From the IMG/VR virus record IMGVR_UViG_3300031539_000144, positions 1 through 35,788 of that record: a DNA stretch of 35,788 bases; one strand, given 5' to 3'. This DNA is from a virus. The translations under genes and the position numbers were made by a program. The notes beneath the pieces are model-generated. The model saw only the letters and a list, made by a program, of their open reading frames with translations. It was not told the DNA's origin and did no database searches. Numbering within the stretch: the first letter of the stretch is position 1; every line of letters begins with the position of its first letter. This document shows positions 31,031 through 35,788 of the stretch, piece after piece.

Positions 31031-33156
31031 TACTCGACCTCAAAGGCATTTCGTAATTCATCAGCCTCTAGTTTATCAATTTTCTTAGTTGCTAGCATGT
31101 TGTTTATCGTGCGAGACACTAAAGGTTTTGATTCTGGCGACGCTAAGAACTCGGCTTTTTCTGCCGATGTCATGCCGATCATTTCATTACTTCGTGACAT
31201 ACCTTGATCAACTTGGAACGCTAATACATTCGCACGGCGAGCCATTTTAATAGCACGCTTTTCTTTGGCGCTAATGATGGCATTTTCAGGCGCCGATATG
31301 GCTTCGGAGTATTCTTGTGTTTTTGTAAAATCGGGCTGCCAGCGCAATACATTGCCAGTTTCAGGATTGCGGGCAACATCAACGAAGCCTTGAGCATTCG
31401 TTACCATCACTGGGTATGAAGGTTTATTGCTGCGGCCAGTATTGAAGTCTGATGATATTTCAGCGCCAACTATACCCGATGCCATCATATCTTCTGCGAA
31501 CTGCTCACCCATCCATTTATCATCAATGCCATCGATAGAATAGAAAGCCTCCGGTGCTGACTTCATAAAGCGATCTTTACCATCCACACCAGTAACAGCC
31601 CAAGTCTTTCTAAGGCTGCCGAATGCTAGCTTCTTGGCTTGATCTGGATTGCCATCCGTTAGCGTCATAAAGTTTGAGAATGCAACGTTAAAATCAGCTT
31701 GCATGGTAACTGGTATTTCTGGCTCTTCGTCGAATGGGTTTCTTGGACTGGGGTCAAACACGCGATCGACTTCGGTTTTAAGAAATGGCGCCAAGTTCTT
31801 GCTTTCGGCTTGCGCCTGAATCTTAACAGCTTCTTTTTGCTGCGCCGTCATTCCGTAAGTATTTTTTCGCGCTATCTCAATGGCTTGTTCTGGATCAACA
31901 CCGGAACGTGTAGCGTCTGCAACTTGCAAGCTAAACGCTCTAGACTCGTCAGGTAGATCACGTAAAGCGTTAGCTGCTGTAGGAAGCTCTTGAACGCGAG
32001 ATACAACATCAACCATCATCATAACTTGATCAGGATTGCCGGAGCGTGAAGTGGCGTTTACGGTTGATATTACGCGCTCAGGAACAAGGCCAGTGTTTTT
32101 AATGAAGCCGACAATGTTATCTACTTGCTGTTGTGCCGGCAAACCTTCCCATGCTGCTGACTCTTGATCGTAGAAAGCATTTACGTCTTTGCGGTCTTGG
32201 CTGTTTTTTGCGGGATCGGCGGGAATATCTGGATTAGAAAACATGCGCCCACGCTCAACACTTAGGCCATGATCAATAGCTTTCAGGTTGGCTTTCTCTT
32301 CTTTTTGCTGTCTTGCCAGTTTTCTATTTAAGTCGGTTTGAGTGTTTGCGACAAAGCTATCCCACTCCTCAGGCGCAAAACCTTTAGGGCGCTTCATGTC
32401 GTCTAGCTTATCAAATGCGGCACCTGCGCCAGCGCTATCGAATGTGCGGAACAAGTCACCCTTGAACCCCTCTTCGATTAATCCTTTTTCAATATCTCGT
32501 TTTTGCTCTGCACCTTGGGCGCTATTAATGAAGCCAGACTCAACGCGTGCATCAATAGTAGCGAATGCAGCTAACGCGCTCTCGGCTGCCGTAGTCGCAT
32601 CACCATCACGAGCAAATCCCAAGGCGTCAGTAGTCGCCGCTTCAATCTGGCGCGATGTCTGCATGTCGCTTTCTTTATGCTGTGCAGCTATCTCGTTGTT
32701 TTGCACTTTAATTCGATTGGCATTAATCAATGAATCCATTGAATCCGCAACAACATTTCTAGCACTTGGATCAACGTTGGTTAGCGTGGCCTTTCGGTAG
32801 GATTCAATATTGTCATTAAATGCCGAAATACTCTGCGGATTCTCTGCTGCAATTCGGGCTATTTCAAGACGGTTATCAGCATCAATAGATGATACATAGG
32901 ATGCCATCAAACCCTTATTGTAGGCAGACGAAGCAACGCCACCAAAGAACCGCTCTTCTTTAAACTCTGGATCTTCACCTTTGATGAATGCAGTTTGGCC
33001 AGAAGCAAAAGCACGCTGCGCCGTCTTCTGTGCGTGAACCTGAGTTTGTTGATTTGCAAATGCATCAAGCTTATTAGTTAAAGATGACGAATCATAGTTA
33101 ATGGTTCCCGCTTGCTGGATGTTTACAGTCTCGTTAAATCTAGGCACCTGTTCCAC
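31030..33156 (-). CDS. Internal virion / ejection protein (T7 gp15 position)
   Basis: 708 aa, assigned by position and size. It has a GTG start inside the end of the 139-aa gene, so the exact start is uncertain. Confidence 0.6.
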   Translation of the reverse strand: MEQVPRFNETVNIQQAGTINYDSSSLTNKLDAFANQQTQVHAQKTAQRAFASGQTAFIKGEDPEFKEERFFGGVASSAYNKGLMASYVSSIDADNRLEIARIAAENPQSISAFNDNIESYRKATLTNVDPSARNVVADSMDSLINANRIKVQNNEIAAQHKESDMQTSRQIEAATTDALGFARDGDATTAAESALAAFATIDARVESGFINSAQGAEQKRDIEKGLIEEGFKGDLFRTFDSAGAGAAFDKLDDMKRPKGFAPEEWDSFVANTQTDLNRKLARQQKEEKANLKAIDHGLSVERGRMFSNPDIPADPAKNSQDRKDVNAFYDQESAAWEGLPAQQQVDNIVGFIKNTGLVPERVISTVNATSRSGNPDQVMMMVDVVSRVQELPTAANALRDLPDESRAFSLQVADATRSGVDPEQAIEIARKNTYGMTAQQKEAVKIQAQAESKNLAPFLKTEVDRVFDPSPRNPFDEEPEIPVTMQADFNVAFSNFMTLTDGNPDQAKKLAFGSLRKTWAVTGVDGKDRFMKSAPEAFYSIDGIDDKWMGEQFAEDMMASGIVGAEISSDFNTGRSNKPSYPVMVTNAQGFVDVARNPETGNVLRWQPDFTKTQEYSEAISAPENAIISAKEKRAIKMARRANVLAFQVDQGMSRSNEMIGMTSAEKAEFLASPESKPLVSRTINNMLATKKIDKLEADELRNAFEVE

Positions 33157-33559
33157 CCCCTGAGCTGGCTAAACTTGATGCTGATTGGAGCAAGCTAAGA
33201 TTGGCGCCAATGTTTGAGAACACTTGTCGGTTTCTTGCTGATCCACGCATGGCCAAGGTGTTTAGTGAGGTAGAAAACTGATCCCTACCTGTTGCCGTAG
33301 CTTCTCGAGTCATTGAGTCATTAAGTATGGTTAGCGGCGAACCCTCAAAAGCGGATATGCCTTTAGCGCCAGCCAGTGCGTTTTGCGATGAAATAGACGT
33401 TGCAAGGCGGTCTTTGCGATCAGCCTCGCGCTGTAAAACCTGAAGCTCTTGTTGCTTAGCTGCAACCTCAGCTTGCCCACGCTCTATTTTTGCTTGTGAT
33501 CTTTTAGTGGCAAAGCTGGCTAAGCTTGATGCCCCCGCTACAATCGCTGCGACTGCCAT
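33140..33559 (-). CDS. Small internal virion protein (T7 gp13/14 position)
   Basis: 139 aa, rich in Ala, Ser and Gln, with a hydrophobic N-terminus. Its start shares one nucleotide with the nozzle gene's stop. Confidence 0.55.
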   Translation of the reverse strand: MAVAAIVAGASSLASFATKRSQAKIERGQAEVAAKQQELQVLQREADRKDRLATSISSQNALAGAKGISAFEGSPLTILNDSMTREATATGRDQFSTSLNTLAMRGSARNRQVFSNIGANLSLLQSASSLASSGGGTGA

Positions 33560-35610
33560 TATTGCACCCCAACTTCTACGGCTATAGTTAATATTGTCAT
33601 TGGCACCGGCTCTTCTTGAGTAATCGTAACGGTTGCTATGTTATCCCAACCCATAAGCCATATGTCTTTACGACCTGTTTGCGGGGTAGGGTTGTCAAAC
33701 TCGTTAACGCCCATTGTCTTATCGGCTATTCTAACAGTATAGCCAAGCGAATTCTTGATAATCATTCCCAAGCTTTCATAGAAATCAACGGTTACCCGGT
33801 TAACCTTTTTTGGTTCAGCAAAGTTTGGCCCGTTTTGGAGTGCTTGATTTAATGGCATCGTTTCAATCACTGGTGTAAACAATAAGCCAACCTCAGTCGT
33901 GGTGTGATCATCATCTACCGTAACCTGGCCGCCAGAAACAACCGCCGTACCCTCGTAGGCACCGTCACCGACAATTACCACCGTCTCACCATCCAAGTGA
34001 TCCAGACCTGTAAATACTCCACCAACAGGCGTTGCCTTTTTAACCCCAAGGTCGGTAACCCTATCTGAATTCATTCTTGCGATATGCGTCGATGATCCAT
34101 TAGCCACCAGCCCAAACAGCTCATCGTTAACCACCGCGGCGTCAGTAAATAAATAATCTCCCATATCCCAAAGCGTAAACCCCACAATTCCCTCTGCACC
34201 GAGGACGTTATAAACAAGAATCGTACCATCAGAGTTTACAAAATAGGCGTAGTTGGCATCGATATTCTCACTGCCTCGCGTAGCCGTCATTCTGATTGGA
34301 TTTACCACAATATGTGACGATAGAATGGTTATCGAGTTGGACTTATATTGATTGCTTACATCTGCCGATTCGGAAAACTCTCTGATAGCTTTACCTGTTC
34401 GCTGAAAATAAATAGTGCGACCATCTATCGTAATCGGACGCACGCGCTTAGATCCAAAGTTTGACTGCGATACAATGGCGACATTTTCAGGCGTAATAGG
34501 TGACGAAGGGACAAAGAATTCCTGGCCAGTTGTAAATACCTGCAATGACCTGTTTGAGATCATGCCTTGAATGGCGTTCACTTGATCAGTGTCGAGAGTT
34601 ACATCTATGCCCTCGTCATCACGCGCACGACCTGCATCAAAGTTAAAGAAGTCATTAACAACAGATCCCCACAAAGTCTGCGGCCTGCTAGCTGATCCGC
34701 CGAACCATAATCTCCCCTCGTGAAATGTTGTTGTTCTAGGCCAACCACGACCAGCAGACCAGACATCCTCATCACGAGGTACGCCGGCCTGAGTTTCTAC
34801 GGCAGACACAGAAAAAGAAGCCGACTGTGTAAGTACCGCGGCGCCTGAAATTAGCGGCCAGTCAGCGGCAGAAGAGCCGGAGAATGTAACAACGTAGACG
34901 CCACCACCCGAAGACAACACTGAAACGCCACTGTTGGCCGTGTTTGGCAACGCATACAAAGCAGACTCTATGTTTTCCGCTGTTGTGGGCAAGTCGTTAG
35001 AATAGATAATCTCTTCAGAAAGTATGCCATCTAGAGAAAGCTTGAATCGATCGGATGTATTCTGATTGGCAAATGTTAGCGTTTGAATATTAGACGTTGG
35101 TGCAGGGCTATCGCCATCGTCATAATCAAACTGAGGAACATTTGTCAAAGGTATGGTTGTAATTGTCCAGAATGTATCACTGGTTCTTATTATTTGAACA
35201 GGCGGATTTTCTGGATGCGTTCCTATAATATAATCTGCTGTTTGCACAAAGTCATAATCTACAAGCTGTGCAGCTGTTATTGATGTGGTCAGATAGTCGT
35301 TACCTGTTCCCGCTATATTGGTCTGAAGTGTTGTTCCATCCTTGTATATGTAGCAACGGCTATCAGCAAAGGCTAAAAGGTATTGCTCTTCCGTAGAGAA
35401 CTGGAACGACAATAAGCGTATACATTCTGTCGCTGTCGTATCAATGAACTCTGATCCATCCCTGCGGCTCATGCCGCCTTGAATCAATGGCGTTACATTT
35501 CGAGCTTGTCGGCACGCATTATAGTAAACGGCAAGATCAACGCGCCCAATCAATCGCGGGTCAATCTCACCAGACGTGAAGTTACTCTGAATATTCCAAA
35601 CCTTTGGCAT
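33559..35610 (-). CDS. Tail tubular protein B-like (nozzle, T7 gp12 type)
   Basis: 683 aa. The N-terminus NFTSGEIDPRLIGRVDLAVYYNACRQARNVTPLIQGGMSRRDGSEF matches a pattern I recall from podovirus gp12-type proteins. It immediately follows the gp11-like gene. Confidence 0.65.
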   Translation of the reverse strand: MPKVWNIQSNFTSGEIDPRLIGRVDLAVYYNACRQARNVTPLIQGGMSRRDGSEFIDTTATECIRLLSFQFSTEEQYLLAFADSRCYIYKDGTTLQTNIAGTGNDYLTTSITAAQLVDYDFVQTADYIIGTHPENPPVQIIRTSDTFWTITTIPLTNVPQFDYDDGDSPAPTSNIQTLTFANQNTSDRFKLSLDGILSEEIIYSNDLPTTAENIESALYALPNTANSGVSVLSSGGGVYVVTFSGSSAADWPLISGAAVLTQSASFSVSAVETQAGVPRDEDVWSAGRGWPRTTTFHEGRLWFGGSASRPQTLWGSVVNDFFNFDAGRARDDEGIDVTLDTDQVNAIQGMISNRSLQVFTTGQEFFVPSSPITPENVAIVSQSNFGSKRVRPITIDGRTIYFQRTGKAIREFSESADVSNQYKSNSITILSSHIVVNPIRMTATRGSENIDANYAYFVNSDGTILVYNVLGAEGIVGFTLWDMGDYLFTDAAVVNDELFGLVANGSSTHIARMNSDRVTDLGVKKATPVGGVFTGLDHLDGETVVIVGDGAYEGTAVVSGGQVTVDDDHTTTEVGLLFTPVIETMPLNQALQNGPNFAEPKKVNRVTVDFYESLGMIIKNSLGYTVRIADKTMGVNEFDNPTPQTGRKDIWLMGWDNIATVTITQEEPVPMTILTIAVEVGVQ

Positions 35611-35788
35611 TAAAATATACCCGAAGTATAACGAACGTCCGTAAAGGGCCTATCTTGAATGGCAATAGGCGGATGGTTTTTGGCGTCGGCAGCCATAGCT
35701 ATGCCAATCTCTGTTCGGTATTTGTTTTCGTACAATTGGTTTTTGCTAGAATCATTTGTAACCGATATAGCAAAGTCGGCGGCTAATT
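35610..35788 (-). CDS. Tail tubular protein A-like adaptor, 3' portion (same gene as 1..518)
   Basis: The frame continues from the junction and ends ...DRPFTDVRYTSGIF, then TAA at 35612..35610. Positions 35662-35788 duplicate 1-127. Confidence 0.7.
   Translation of the reverse strand, partial: LAADFAISVTNDSSKNQLYENKYRTEIGIAMAADAKNHPPIAIQDRPFTDVRYTSGIF
35662..35788. repeat. Terminal overlap, copy 2 (identical to 1..127)
   Basis: See the feature at 1..127. Confidence 0.95.

Noticed and set aside
30375-31207. Long plus-strand ORFs (118 and 159 aa) antisense to the 1007-aa internal virion protein gene. Similar cases occur at 32342-32800 (152 aa), 23576-23938 (120 aa, antisense to ssb) and 13275-13661 (128 aa).
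   Set aside because: They lie fully inside, and antisense to, strongly supported genes. They have Ser/Ala/Leu-rich, low-information products and no ribosome-binding sites. This is the usual shadow-ORF effect of codon bias.
35662-35788. Genuine T7-like direct terminal repeats.
   Set aside because: The repeat lies inside the adaptor gene, and no promoter or terminator structures flank it. It behaves as a circular-contig overlap.

Overview
The window is a complete, circularly closed dsDNA phage genome of 35,661 unique bp. The last 127 nt (35662-35788) repeat the first 127 nt exactly, and the repeat lies inside a gene, so it is an assembly overlap rather than a physical end. Most genes are on the minus strand. 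Reading the minus strand from 21149 downward and across the junction gives four blocks. (1) A short lysis unit: a 72-aa ORF, a zinc peptidase endolysin, a 3-TM holin-like protein, a 47-aa lipoprotein and a coiled-coil protein, ending at a terminator at 19553-19576. (2) A long run of about 45 very small early or accessory genes. These include HTH, RHH and winged-helix regulators, zinc-ribbon proteins, many 1-2 TM mini-proteins, a Tat-signal protein, a cytosine-5 DNA methyltransferase locus interrupted by an HNH homing-endonuclease cassette, and a protein-free island of about 640 nt at 12668-13312. (3) A morphogenesis block: terS, terL, portal, scaffold, a 386-aa ORF, major capsid, a small ORF and a terminator. 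(4) Across the junction, a T7-style tail and ejection module: gp11-like adaptor, gp12-like nozzle, three internal virion proteins of 139, 708 and 1007 aa, and a beta-helix tailspike. The only plus-strand block (21297-25933) is a lambdoid recombination module with RecT, a YqaJ/lambda-exo-type nuclease, SSB, NinG and NinB plus small ORFs. No ORF has the size or motifs of a DNA polymerase, primase, helicase, RNA polymerase or integrase. There are three main second-look items. First, a 171-codon ORF with its own Shine-Dalgarno lies in the +1 frame of the methyltransferase gene, and both frames read like real proteins. Second, the homing-endonuclease insertion carries a duplicated motif-I segment and a 5-nt scar that breaks the methyltransferase. 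Third, the non-coding island carries opposed promoter and terminator signals, a long three-way-junction hairpin and two tRNA T-arm signatures. All functional calls rest on motifs read by eye, gene order and remembered family patterns; no database search was run.
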